From: the human T2T-CHM13v2.0 reference genome, Homo sapiens
Length of the DNA stretch: 64,000 bases
Strand: one strand, 5' to 3'
Assembly: GCF_009914755.1 (NCBI RefSeq)
Contig: NC_060930.1
This document shows positions 12,865 through 27,045 of this stretch, in pieces. Position numbers and translations under genes: made by a program. The notes beneath the pieces are model-generated. The model was given only the letters and a program-made list of their open reading frames with translations, ran no database searches and was not told the DNA's origin. Every line of letters starts with the position of its first letter. Position 1 is the stretch's first letter.

Positions 12865-13243
12865 CGGTTGGCCTTCTGTATCTGTGGGTTGCACATCCAT
12901 GGATTCAACCAACTGCAGATCAAAAATATGAAAAAAAGAAAAATAGCAATACAATAATAAAAATAATACAAATACAAATATACAGTATAACAATTATTTA
13001 CGTAGTATAACTACGTAAATAATTGTATAAATGCTGTGTAAATACATAGCATTTACATTGTATTAGGTATTATCAGTAATCTAGAAATGATTTAAAGTAT
13101 AAGGGAGATAAAGTAAACAGAAAGATGTGTGTAGGTTATATGCAATTACTATGCCATTTTGTAAAAGGGACTTGAGCATCCTTAGATATTGGTGTCCACA
13201 GGGGCTTCTGGCACCATCTCCTGCTGATACCAAGGCATGACTC
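12865..13243 (+). mobile_element. Tigger3a (MER7A-type) DNA transposon fossil
   Basis: ggccttctgtatctgtgggtt...ggattcaaccaac...gcatttacattgtattaggtatta...gggacttgagcatcc...gataccaaggcatgact. Confidence 0.82.
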
Positions 13244-13299
13244 TGCTTTAGAATATTTTGTTTGTTTTTCCCAGCTTTTTTCTGCAGAGCATAATTTTT

Positions 13300-13900
13300 C
13301 CTTGTAGGACATCTTTATATTCAGTTTATAATAAAAGTTTTTCATTGAAATACAGTCAATTTCTAACATATACAAAAGTAGAATAATAGAGCAGCCCTGC
13401 TGCAACCTTTACTCAGCACCAACAATTATCAACTTATATCCAGTATGTTTCCTCTGTATTCCTACTCCTAAAATCCCAACTCTGGGATTGTTTCGAAATC
13501 AGTGACAGATATCAGAGCATTTCAGTATATATCTTCTAAAGAGAGGAATTATTTTTATTTTTAAAAATATAATAATAACTATGATATTACTAACATACTT
13601 AAATATTTCTCCCTATTGTTTTAGTGGGATTTTTGTTTATTTTTAGCTTGATGGTTTTAGGTCCAATAAGGTGTACACTTTGTGATTACCTTGCTTGACC
13701 TCGTTTAATTTACAGATACCTATTCCTCTCCTTTCTTCCTCGTTGATTGTAGCTTTTGTTAAAGACACCAGGTTGTTTGTACTGTTGAGTCTCACAGTTT
13801 GATTTGCTGATTGAAACCTCATCTTATTTACTGTGTTCTTCTGTTCCTCCTATTTACTGTGTTCTTCTGTTCCTCCTATTTACTGTAAATTGGTGGTTTT
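13300..13900 (-). mobile_element. Old L1MC/ME 3' fragment
   Basis: aatttctaacatatacaaaagtagaata...actcagcaccaacaattatcaac pattern. Confidence 0.55.
13825..13886. repeat. Perfect 26-bp tandem repeat, 2.4 copies (tatttactgtgttcttctgttcctcc)
   Basis: Units at 13825, 13851 and partial at 13877. Confidence 0.95.
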
Positions 13901-13919
13901 TGTTTTACTTAAAATTGTT

Positions 13920-14045
13920 GGGCCTGCATGGTGGCTTATGCCTGTAGTCCCAGTAATTTAGGAGGCCAAGGTGGGAGATCACTTGAACCCAGGAGTTTGA
14001 GACCAGCCTGGTCAACATAGCAAGACCCCTGACTCTACATAAAAA
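13920..14045 (+). mobile_element. Alu left monomer (FLAM_C/AluJ-like)
   Basis: ggcctgcatggtggcttatgcctgtagtcccag...gaccagcctgg...gactctaca, with no right arm. Confidence 0.85.
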
Positions 14046-14523
14046 TTTCAAAAACAGTAAAGATTTTCTATACATATTTTGAATGGGTGAGTGGATGAGA
14101 AAACTTTAACTTTGGAAACAGTCTAAATCTGTCCTGAATCAAACCTGTTTGTCTCCTTCTGTGCTTGGTGGGCTATGATGATGGCACTACTAGGGCGATA
14201 ACTGGGCTCCAGGCCTTTTCTTAATAAATAACGCTAAAACAATGACTAGAATCTATTGAAATGAGAATATTTTGTTTTTAAAGTTAGGTTTATTTGGGGA
14301 GGATTTTTTTAAAGGTTTTGCCTGATTTGAACAAAATAGGTGAATGTCAGTTTATTTTTGTGGCCTCATAAGTATTACAGTGTTTTAAAGGTATAAGTTG
14401 CTGATTTGACATAAGATGCGTTGCCTTTGAAAACATTCATGTGGAAAAAAAGTAAGGGGAGAGTCTAGAAGAATTCGCCATGTTCATTTTTCGATGCCAA
14501 ATGTCTAGGGAACAAACAGGAAG

Positions 14524-14578
14524 GATCCTGGGTTCTAAAAAAGATCCTGGATTCTAAAAAGATCCTGGGTTCTAAAAA
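14524..14578. repeat. 18-19 bp tandem repeat, 3 copies (gatcctggRttctaaaaa)
   Basis: Units at 14524, 14543 and 14561. Confidence 0.95.
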
Positions 14579-17500
14579 TACAAAGAAAAGAAAAAAATTG
14601 ATCTCTTTTAACTCGAGTTTTGTGCTTTTATGAGCACAAACTAATTATTTTTAGGATGGAATGTACTTTGAGGATTACTTAGACTTCCAGCTACTGACAT
14701 GAAATCATTTTTTGTTAATTCTCTGAAAACGAAAACAGTGTGTTTTCTTCCTCAACATGCAGTTAAGATGCAATGGAAATTGTTTAAGTGCTCTGGAATT
14801 TCTCCACTTTTACTAAATATTATGCTCTTTGATCTTTGAATTTTGGAATGGTTTTTATCTGCATAAATTACTTAGGTATGTAATTGAGGTTACAGATTGG
14901 GTTGCCTTTCCCAATTTAAAATAGTTTGGAAATGAGATATTTTTTGCTTTGAATTGAATAGTAATTCTTTATCTCTTTTTTACATTAGTGGGAATTTGAA
15001 AATATATATGTGTCTGTATACATTTGTGTTACTACATGTTTAGTTGCAATAAAACATTTCTAACTTCCAAAGAGGAACATGATAAAAATTTATGTAGGAC
15101 TGAAAAAGTAGCTTTCTATGAAAGGAAAATAGCATATATTAGAATAAAAATGGCTTCACCTCTGGGTTTCTTCTGTGCTTTTGTTACTGATAGTTGGTAG
15201 CTGTTCGATTCTATCTCCTTGACAGTTGTTAGATTTAGGAATAATCCTAGATGTAATAGAATATTGCCACTAGAAAGAACTTTAGGGACCCAGGAAGGTA
15301 GGTCAGTACCACGGGGAGGGTACCTCCAGGTTACTGCTGTCCTCCCGCCACTGCAGCCTCCTTCCTGATTATCTGCCTGAAGGTTGGGCTCTGGGGCAGA
15401 ACACAAAGAGAACAGTCACCTCTTTTCTTCCAGGCACTAGGAAGGAACCTTTCTTTTAAAAAATGTTATTTTCATGTACCCTTGTCTTTTGGGATCCAGG
15501 AAGGATTGACAACAGGATTTGGTCCATTGTTTAGTAGAAGGCCTAAATGAATGAGGTTGCAGCTTCAGCCATTTTTTATTCCATTGTACTTTGGTGTCCC
15601 AGTGGAGTCAGGGCAAAAATTCGTAACAAAAAGATCTGTGAAAAAGAAAAGGGTTATTAGTGAATTAGAACAAATGTAGCAGTGGGCCTTTTCCTGATTG
15701 CCTGTAAGTGTAGTGTAAACTTTTTTTTTAGAGATGAATCTCTTTTACATTTACAGATTAACAGCAGTAGTAATTTTATGTGTCTCCCTAAAATCATGTT
15801 GAAAAGTTGTCAGTTTCTTAGAGCAGTGTCAGTTAATAGGCTTGTCACTATTTGGTTAAATTTGGGAAGCACTGGTTGGTGGTGGTGATGGGAAGGCCGT
15901 GGAGATGAATGGAACCTGGGCTGTTCTGAACTTCAACTCTGGGGGGCTCATGGTCTGGGGAAGGAGAGAAACTAAACACCACTGTCTTGAGTGCAGGGCT
16001 AGATGGTGGTTATTGCTTAATTTTTAGAACCAACCACTTGGAGGGGTGATGGCACTTGGAGGGAAGGACTGACTCAAGCTCACTGGAGGGCTCTTGGGGA
16101 GGGCTTCTTAGAGGACATGGGGATTTGAGCTGGACCAAGAAGGAATGGGTACTTAGAGGTTGGGATGGAATATTCTTGGCTAAGGAAAGCACTTCCTTGT
16201 GTTTTGGCCCAGGGGTAGGATGTGTTTGGGTAATGGCAGCCAGTTTATTCAGTGCATTACTTAACACTTCTAAACTTTAGTTGTCTTCTGAAAGGGATTG
16301 ATAATAATACCTGTCCCATCAGGTGTCGTGGGGATTAAAATAAGAGTTTTAGGAACAGAAACTGATTTGCAAAAGGTTGAAGAGTGATAAGGGATATTAA
16401 GCAGAGAAGTTTAGTGCTGAAGGCAAATGGATTATTGCTTAAGAGGAAGTTGACTTCTAAGGAGGGTTCCCTGCACCATGAGCATTTTTGAGCTTGGTTT
16501 TTAGGCAGAAGGCAGGAAGCCACTGTGGAGGGAGAGAGTGGAGATTTCTGAAACTATGGGTAATACAGGTGGCACCAAGTCTCCTAGGAGCAGCTAGCCT
16601 CAAGAAGAAATAAACTTTCTTTTCACTCAGCCTGGAGAAAATGAAGAAGTAAAAGGAAAATTTGATACGAGGGTGATGAGATGCTATCACCTTTATCTCT
16701 TCCAAGTATTCGTTGTGTTAATGAAAGATTTTAAGCTTGAAGCAAATTAATATTTCAAACAGCTACTGTGGGTAATAGAATTGGACATGAATTAGGGATG
16801 GAAAGGATCACTTGATGACTCGGGCTGATGAGGTTTGGGGTTTAGTAGTAAAGTGCAGAGTAATGGAGGCCCTGAAGAGTTCACATGTAAGGGGAGCCAG
16901 GAGAGTTGGGTACTGAGTAATAAATTGGTAGAGTCATCATGGTCTGTGTTATAGGCAGTGAAGAAGCCAAGTGTCCTGTATTTCTTCAAATAATCTAAAC
17001 CACTCTTGCTTAATGGAGAGACTTTGATGTTTTCCATAAGTAAGCATCTTGCAATGTTCTCCTTTGACTCTGGCTGAAACTGCAGAGCCCAGCATGTGTG
17101 CATTAGTTTTTGTTTAGCTTTTGGCTGTGACTGACAAAACCAGAATCCCTTTCTTTTCTACCCGAGTGCTTGGTGAAATCACTTAACCTCTTTGATTTCC
17201 ATAAAATGAGGATCTTCATGTCTCCTAACTTTATCCTTATAAGCATGGATTTTTTTTAAAATAGGTTATTTCTTTGGTTTCTGGCCCTTTTAGAATTTAC
17301 CGTCTGAGTCTCATTGGGTCTTAGCAGTCATTATGAATAATTTGCACTTACACATGAAATGTATTTCAAAAATTTGAAATGGAGGCTTCTTTCATGATAT
17401 ACATAAAAACCCAGAAGAAAGGAAGAGTACAGCAATCAGTGTTTTGTCATACTTTTTACCTTTAGTTGTTCTTCATATTTCTTTTCAGTTACGTTTCTAC

Positions 17501-19351
17501 TTTTGAACACTAGATGGGACTAAGAGATGACTTGTTTTACAATAGTAGCAGAAGGCTATCACAGCCTTCCAACTTTTGAGTGAAGTGTTGTTTGCTTATT
17601 AAGAAAATATAAGTAAAATAGATAAAAACAGTAATATTTTTATCTTCTCTATTGAGGCAGCATCTTTGTTTTAAGTGGCGACTTTGATCAATATCTAGAT
17701 ATTATTTAAACTTTATATTAGATTCAGATGGTACAAGAATGAATGACCATTAAGAGACCACAGTATTTTCCTTAATTGCAATTTGTATATCCAGCAAAAT
17801 CAAAGAGTAATATTCAGTGTTTCTACTTTAAAATAAACACTGTGAGTCCGACAGATAATTATAAAAACTACTCTCTAAGTTCTATTAGATTGAGAAGGAA
17901 AAAATTAAATATTATATATATGTTATTTTTTCATTTTTTATGATGCTATCTATGAATTAACATCCTTCCCTAAAATAAAGGCAGTAAGACATTAGTAATC
18001 CATAACCAAAATGATTTTTTTTAGGAAAACACTAGGATATCTGGAAGTAGAGCTCCATAGCCTTGTTTGTATAATTTATAAAAGTGCATCTTAATGAATT
18101 GTGTATTAAAATACCTTTTATGAAAATATGTATTGTAAAAAATATAGTGATTGCAGCATGAACTTGGCATTGACCTAGCAGTGCTTGGTTTTTTTTCATA
18201 TTCCTAAAATAATGACCAGAAAAATAGTTTGTGGTAGAAACAGTATGAGATAACAACTGAATAAAGGAAGAAGCCTTTAAGTAATAAGGAAAAGATATTT
18301 TCTACTGAAGTAAGTTCTGAGAACCATCAGCATTCAGTAGTGGTTACATGAACTCACAATGTATTATTGTCCCAGGCTGCGCCTTTAGAAAGTTTGGCTT
18401 CGTTGACTGTGTGCTAATCTCACCCACTTACGATATTTTGTAGAAAATTATTTGTTTCACTATTCATAAGACTTCCTTATTCCCTGGAAACTCCAGCCAC
18501 ACTGTTACCTTCCTGGCTCTCTGCCTTCTAGTTTCCCATCAAGAGGGCTGTGTTGAGATTTCCTGATCTCAGTATGGACTCAACAGACCTCCTAGTTAGT
18601 ATAGCAAAACTGACTGGACTCCTTGGCATCTTTTAGACCAACATTTTCCAGACTATGTTCTGCAGAACACTCGGGTTCCATATGATGTTAATAGGCTGAA
18701 ACATGTTGCATTTTGAGAAGAGAAAAACATGGCAAAAGTATGACTAGGAGCAAGGAATTAGATGTACCAGGTATGCATGCTGATAAAGAGGCTTTGGAAA
18801 AATAGATGCTTGACTGTAGTAGAGATGACAGAAAGGAGAAGAAAGAGGTAAAGAAAAGAGAGTAATAGTTTGTCTTAATACCTGGTCTCTGTTATTCTAA
18901 TGGGTAACAGAAATAGCATGTTGGTTATTAAGGATGATTGGGCTTCCTGCCTTTGTACATTTGCCCTTAGCGATACTGAAATAATTTTAGTTTTCCTATG
19001 TACACACAGTCTAAGTTTATTGTTCCACATGATTTTAATGAATCTAAATTATAAATTTTAATGATATTATGTTTGCATTTTTGCTGTAGTTGAAGTTACA
19101 GGATATAACAAAATTTGTGGGGAAAAGAAAATTGCATGGTGTCAAATCCATATAATGTTTATCTAATAAAAATCCACTTGGTATTAATATATTAAAAAGT
19201 TCTTTGGTTTAGCATTTTTTTCCAAATTAGATTGATTGTAATAAATAGAACTCTCTGTAAAGTGCTCATGATCTCTAGTTTTCTTTTTATTTTACTAGTT
19301 TTTGTGAGTTTATCCTGATAATTGCAGTTTTTTAATTTGTGTAACTTTCAG

Positions 19352-19428
19352 GTGTGAAGCATCAAGTCCACATATTCATCCAGTTGGTTGGTGTAAGGAA
19401 CATAGAAGAACCCTTATTACTCCACCAG
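19352..19428 (+). CDS. L3MBTL3: L3MBTL3 exon E (77 nt, phase 2/1): WCEASSPHIHPVGWCKEHRRTLITPP-G
   Basis: Acceptor tttcag| and donor CAG|gtgtgt. Contains the IHPVGWC motif; frame is continuous. Confidence 0.96.
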
Positions 19429-19469
19429 GTGTGTGTTTTTTTAATGTGGCTAATACTATTCGTAGACTT

Positions 19470-19680
19470 CAAGAGTAGGCAGACTTTTTCTGTAAAGGGC
19501 CAGATAGTAAATATTTTGGCTTTGCAGACCATGCAGTTTTCTGTCACCACTACTCAAAACAGTTGTAGTGCAAAAACAGCCATAGACAATAGGTAAACCA
19601 ATGTGCATGGGTGTGTTGCAGTAACAGTTTATTTACAAAAACAGGCAGCCAACCTGCAGGCGTTAGTTTGCTCACCGCTG
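19470..19680 (+). mobile_element. MER58A (hAT-Charlie)
   Basis: actttttctgtaaagggccagatagtaaatattttggctttgc...cagccatagacaata...tttatttacaaaaacaggc; starts ~40 nt after exon E. Confidence 0.85.
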
Positions 19681-20753
19681 ATGTACTTTCAACTATATTA
19701 AGTATTGCCTTAGTTCATAACAGAGTCTCAAATTTTGTCTCTCTTGGAAAAAAAAAAGTTCTGTTTTAAAAGATCTTTCATTTCTCAACTTGAAATTCAT
19801 TTCTAGACTTTATATTAGTATATATTTAAATATATTGTCTAACCATAGAAGCAAATTGTCTAAGGCTTGAGCAAGTCCAGAAAAATGGATAAGAGGGACA
19901 GCATTTGTGTGTGGATTGGAGACCAGACTTCATGTCAGCATCAGTCCTCACAGAAGCACAGTGTTCACGTTTAAGTGAGAAATTGAGGCTTTAGATTTTT
20001 TTACTTAGTTTAGAACTCACACGCTCACTTTTCCTTTTTCTGTCGTGATTCCTGGTTCCAAAATAGATTTTGCACCTTCATGCTAGTGGTGCCTTTGTGT
20101 TCTCTGAAGTTTTCAGGCGCTTCTGCTCTCTGCCTCTAGTCATAGAGCCTTCTCAGCTTATTTGCTGTCTCTTTAACGGGGAACAGTGTAACTGCTGATA
20201 AATAGTGTCCTTGTTTTATATCATTTTGAGTTTATTTTATGTGCTAAAGAACAGATTCTGCGGTTTCTTCATAATCAAGACAGTGTATTTGTGCGTACAT
20301 CACTACTCAAGGGGCCATGACCACTCCTGGTATGAAAAGACAGGATCATCAAACTGAAAGCATCCCTGCGCAGTAGACAATTGCTTAGTGGACCCTTACA
20401 GGAGTAATGAAGATTGCCTTTATTACAGAGAGAGGATGAGTCCTGGGTTTACTAGGAGCTGTTTTCGAATGTAGCCTGCAGCATGTAAGCTGCAAGATTG
20501 GAGAGCTTCAAATTCTATTGGAACAGCTGGTTTCATTTTTACGTTTGTCTCCAGTTCCTTGATACAGTGTCTCACTTAGAGTGTCTGATCATTTACTCAC
20601 TCAGGAGGACCTATCATTCCTGTAACAGGCAAGTCAAGTCCTATCCACTCCCTGAGTTTTCTCATATAATAAAGGGAGGAAAGTCTCTGTCTTGACTTAT
20701 TTACAGTACTATTTTGACAGTGAAACAGCATTGATATAAATCATGAAGGGTTA

Positions 20754-21073
<320 letters not shown>

Positions 21074-22216
21074 GCAAGGTATTAATGGTTTCATGGTGCC
21101 AAACATAGTGCTGCCTGGAAGATTTCTTGTATTCTGCCTTCCTTTGTCTGTCCTGCGGCTTACAAAATAATAGTGGCCAGTGATTGCCATGGTTGCTTCT
21201 TTGCCACTATCACCATCTAAAATGCTGTGAGGATCCTTTTAGATTTCCCAGTTTGTTATCAGCCCTTCTTTCCGTACCACCATTTTTGGTCATGATCAGA
21301 GATCTGATTAATTAACAATGAACCAGTGAACAACAACAGGTTCCTGGTTATGTACCCTGGAAGGAGTGGTGTAAGGCGTTATTGCCGACTTCTTAACATG
21401 AGGCAAAGAACCAAGCCATCTATCTCCTTTCCTGGACGTTTATAATTCAGTCGAAGAGAAAAAAAAAATAGCTTTTTGACACATTTTAAAAATTCAAAAT
21501 TGCATGTGAAAATACCAAATACACAACAATATGAATATACATAATGCCATTACAATAGTAAAAATGGTAAATTTTATGTTATGTATATTTTGCCACTATT
21601 AAAAAATGCAAAAATGAACAAACAAAACTGCCAAATTGTGAGACTGATTTATTGGGCATGTGCTGATGCTACTCTTTGCCCCATAACAAAAAAGACACCC
21701 TTTCTCTGATCTGTTTTCTCTAAGGGCAGATTCCTGGGTCATCTCTGATCTGTCTGAAAAGAAGGATTCTAATCACTGGGCTTCCTAAGCAGCTGCTTCC
21801 TTCACCCCCTTGTACTTCACAGATTTCTGCATCCACTAAGCTGCCCTCTAGGCCACCACCACGTTTCCGTTCTTTCAAAACACGCAGCCTCTCTTTATTG
21901 TTCTTTTCAGAAATTAAAATCTTCATGCCTTTTAAAACTATTTTTATTTTGAATTATCCAAATTATACATTAATGCATGCTTGTTTTTAAGTTTAGAGTG
22001 AACTGCAGTTATCTCTATTAATATTTTAATGGTTTGTCCTTATGTGTTTCCAGGAAAGCATTTTTGCCTATGCAAAGTCACACACATGCATGCGTACACC
22101 TCAGTTTGTTTCATTTAGTAGAATGTTCTAATTTAAATTGTTTAAATTGTGCAAGATGTGTTCCTTAAAAATGTCATAAAATGTATACACAGAACTATGT
22201 TTGCGTATTAACTCCA

Positions 22217-23720
<1,504 letters not shown>

Positions 23721-24414
23721 ACATTATCTCTGATATATTTGCTGCTTTTCTCAGTCCCCTTTATGTGGCTAATTTCCCACCATACTGGGCCACTGTTTAT
23801 TCCTGCTCATGCCTACCTAATGGATTTGGGGCCCTGGAGGGAACAAAAGAGGGCAGGAGGAAGGAGAAGATATTTTTACACATTCTATTAATAATGTTAC
23901 ATCATTTGTGTGTGTTTGTTGGAACAATATGAAGTTATATCTGGAATTGTTCACATATTAATATATATAAATCTACCATGTTCTTTTTAATAAGTACTTT
24001 CTGCTTATGTACATTTTTTTGCACATTTGTATATTGAAGGTCATTTAACTTACTTAATTTTCACATTTACAAACAATTGTGTGTTGCCTTTATTGCATAT
24101 GTCAGATTTTTCTAGATTCTCCAATACAAAATTGCTAAAGGGTATTTGTGTGTCTGTCTTGTAAGACTGTCTTTATCTGAAAATATAAATTATATATATC
24201 TATAAAATTTTCATTTTAAAAGTAATAGAAAAATAATGATCAAGATGAAAACAATTTCATTATTACTAATAGCTCTGAATGTGTGAGTAAAGTTGTCATG
24301 TATATATGAACATAATTTTCTAGATTATAATATTTTATAATTTTTGTTGGACAGTTTGTTATTCTTGCTATCATTTTGGTTAAACCTCATAGGATTTACA
24401 TTTTTCTTTCTTAG

Positions 24415-24500
24415 GTTATCCAAATGTGAAACATTTTTCTTGGGATAAATACTTAGAAGAAACCAATTCTTTACCTGCTCCTGCAAGAGCTTTCAAAGTG
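24415..24500 (+). CDS. L3MBTL3: L3MBTL3 exon F (86 nt, phase 1/0), MBT3 arm: GYPNVKHFSWDKYLEETNSLPAPARAFKV
   Basis: Acceptor ttcttag| and donor GTG|gtaaga. Contains the FSWDKYL...AP..AF motif. Confidence 0.96.
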
Positions 24501-25613
24501 GTAAGATGATACATTTTATTAATTTGCGTGGATGAGATCATTTATTTATTGAAATTGAAGAACAGAACAAGATGGTATTAGTAAACCAGAATAGGAATGA
24601 GAAAAAAATAGAGCACCAAATAAGATGTTTTTGAATTTTTACAATTTTTAAAGTCAAAATTGTTACTGGAATTTTTGTTGTTGTCATCCAAAAAAATGCT
24701 TTGATTTTGGACTTTAAAGTCTCCTTGGAAAATAATTCTGCTTGATTCGATAGCATGTGGGGCCAGTTGTTGAAATCTTAAAGCAATCTTCTGTCTTTTT
24801 AGCTAGATGTTCTAAAAGACCAGAACAGAATATGAAAATATTTTTCAATAAAAACTGATGGATAATTGATTTGGATTTGTTTATGGCAAGCTGAGATGCT
24901 GGGTTTTTTAATTTTATTGCTGTAAATCAGCATGTTTAATTACCAAAATACAAGATCATCTGCTTTTATTACAGTATCTTTCTAACCCAGGGTCATTGCT
25001 TCTTGCATATAAAGTATTAAGATTCAAATGAACCTCATTTCTATGCAAGGAAGGAATAAGAAGTGAAATATATTTCTCATTTTTTCATCTCAAATAGCTT
25101 GCTTTATGATTTAGATTTCTCATGAATTTAACAGAAAAGAAAAATATATCAAATATTTATTTTTTTAAATGTGTCATGATGAGCTTATGATAAATAATTT
25201 TCTTTAAGACATCCTTTTATGTATAAATTGCTAGGATTTTTAATGTTAGAATTAATTATGAGGTATAGGTCCAAATTTGCTCTTAAAAAAATTTTAAGAG
25301 CAAAACCATAAGGCACGAAGAGAAACTATATCAAAAAATGTGTGTGATTTCATCTGATAGTAAGTTGAAGATTTAAAAAAGAAAACTGTTTAGAGTTATG
25401 CCATATTTGTGAATTTTTATCTCCCACCCTTTAACTTTAAATTCTTGTCTGATGCGAAGCAGAGCTGCATTACACTTCACTTTAAACGAATAAAATTACA
25501 TACAGATCAGCCTACATGTCTACTGTCACAACAGAGAGAAAACAGATTTCTCTAGTTTGGTCTTTTAGGTGTCTTGCATTGACTGCTCTGTGTTATTTAT
25601 ATAACATACTTAA

Positions 25614-25924
<311 letters not shown>

Positions 25925-26547
25925 AGCAACACTTTTCTTATACCCATTTTACAGAAGAGGGACCTGAAGCTCAGAAAATTAACTAATTTGCCTAACATTA
26001 TGCCAAACAATCACCTTATCTTCCACTGTCTGTGAGTTTTTCAGAGGCTTATAAGTTTCTGCTGAGTACTGAGGCGTAGGTAGCTGTTGATTCCCCCAAC
26101 CCATTCCTGGTTCTATCTTTTATGTTTGATTGCTAATTTTCTGTTTTAAAGATATCTTCTGCTTTTTGCCTCCATTACCACTTCTAATTTTGGTGTCTCA
26201 TCTCAGCCACTTTAATATTGTTCCTCTCTCTATTTAAAAATAAATTTTATGCTTGTTGATTTTTGCCAGTACACCTCCAAATAATAAGAAAATTTTCTTG
26301 TCTTCCATCTGAGTAATCAAATAACTACAGTATTTTGAATTTTACTCTGCTATTTCCCTTGCTCGTGCATCTGTGTTGGAATTTTTTGACAGACAGGGTG
26401 AAGTTCAGAGCTACTCTGGAAAGTTGAGAATTTGAAAGCCTGGTTCTCTTATTTTCTTTCTTTATTTAAAAAATGACAGCAAGTTCTAACCATTTAAAAT
26501 TTTTCTGTCTTCTTTTATGACATCATTCTCTAAATAGCCCAGCTATT

Positions 26548-26872
<325 letters not shown>

Positions 26873-26934
26873 TAACATCAAGTTTACCTTCTCTTCCTCT
26901 TTATCTCACTCTGTAAAATTTTTTTTTGTGGCAG

Positions 26935-27045
26935 AAACCTCCTCATGGATTCCAGAAAAAAATGAAGCTTGAGGTTGTAGACAAAAGGAACCCTATGTTT
27001 ATTAGAGTAGCAACTGTGGCAGACACAGATGATCACCGGGTAAAA
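26935..27045 (+). CDS. L3MBTL3: L3MBTL3 exon G (111 nt, phase 0/0), MBT3: KPPHGFQKKMKLEVVDKRNPMFIRVATVADTDDHRVK
   Basis: Acceptor tggcag| and donor AAA|gtaagt. Contains the GF...MKLE.VD motif. Confidence 0.96.
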
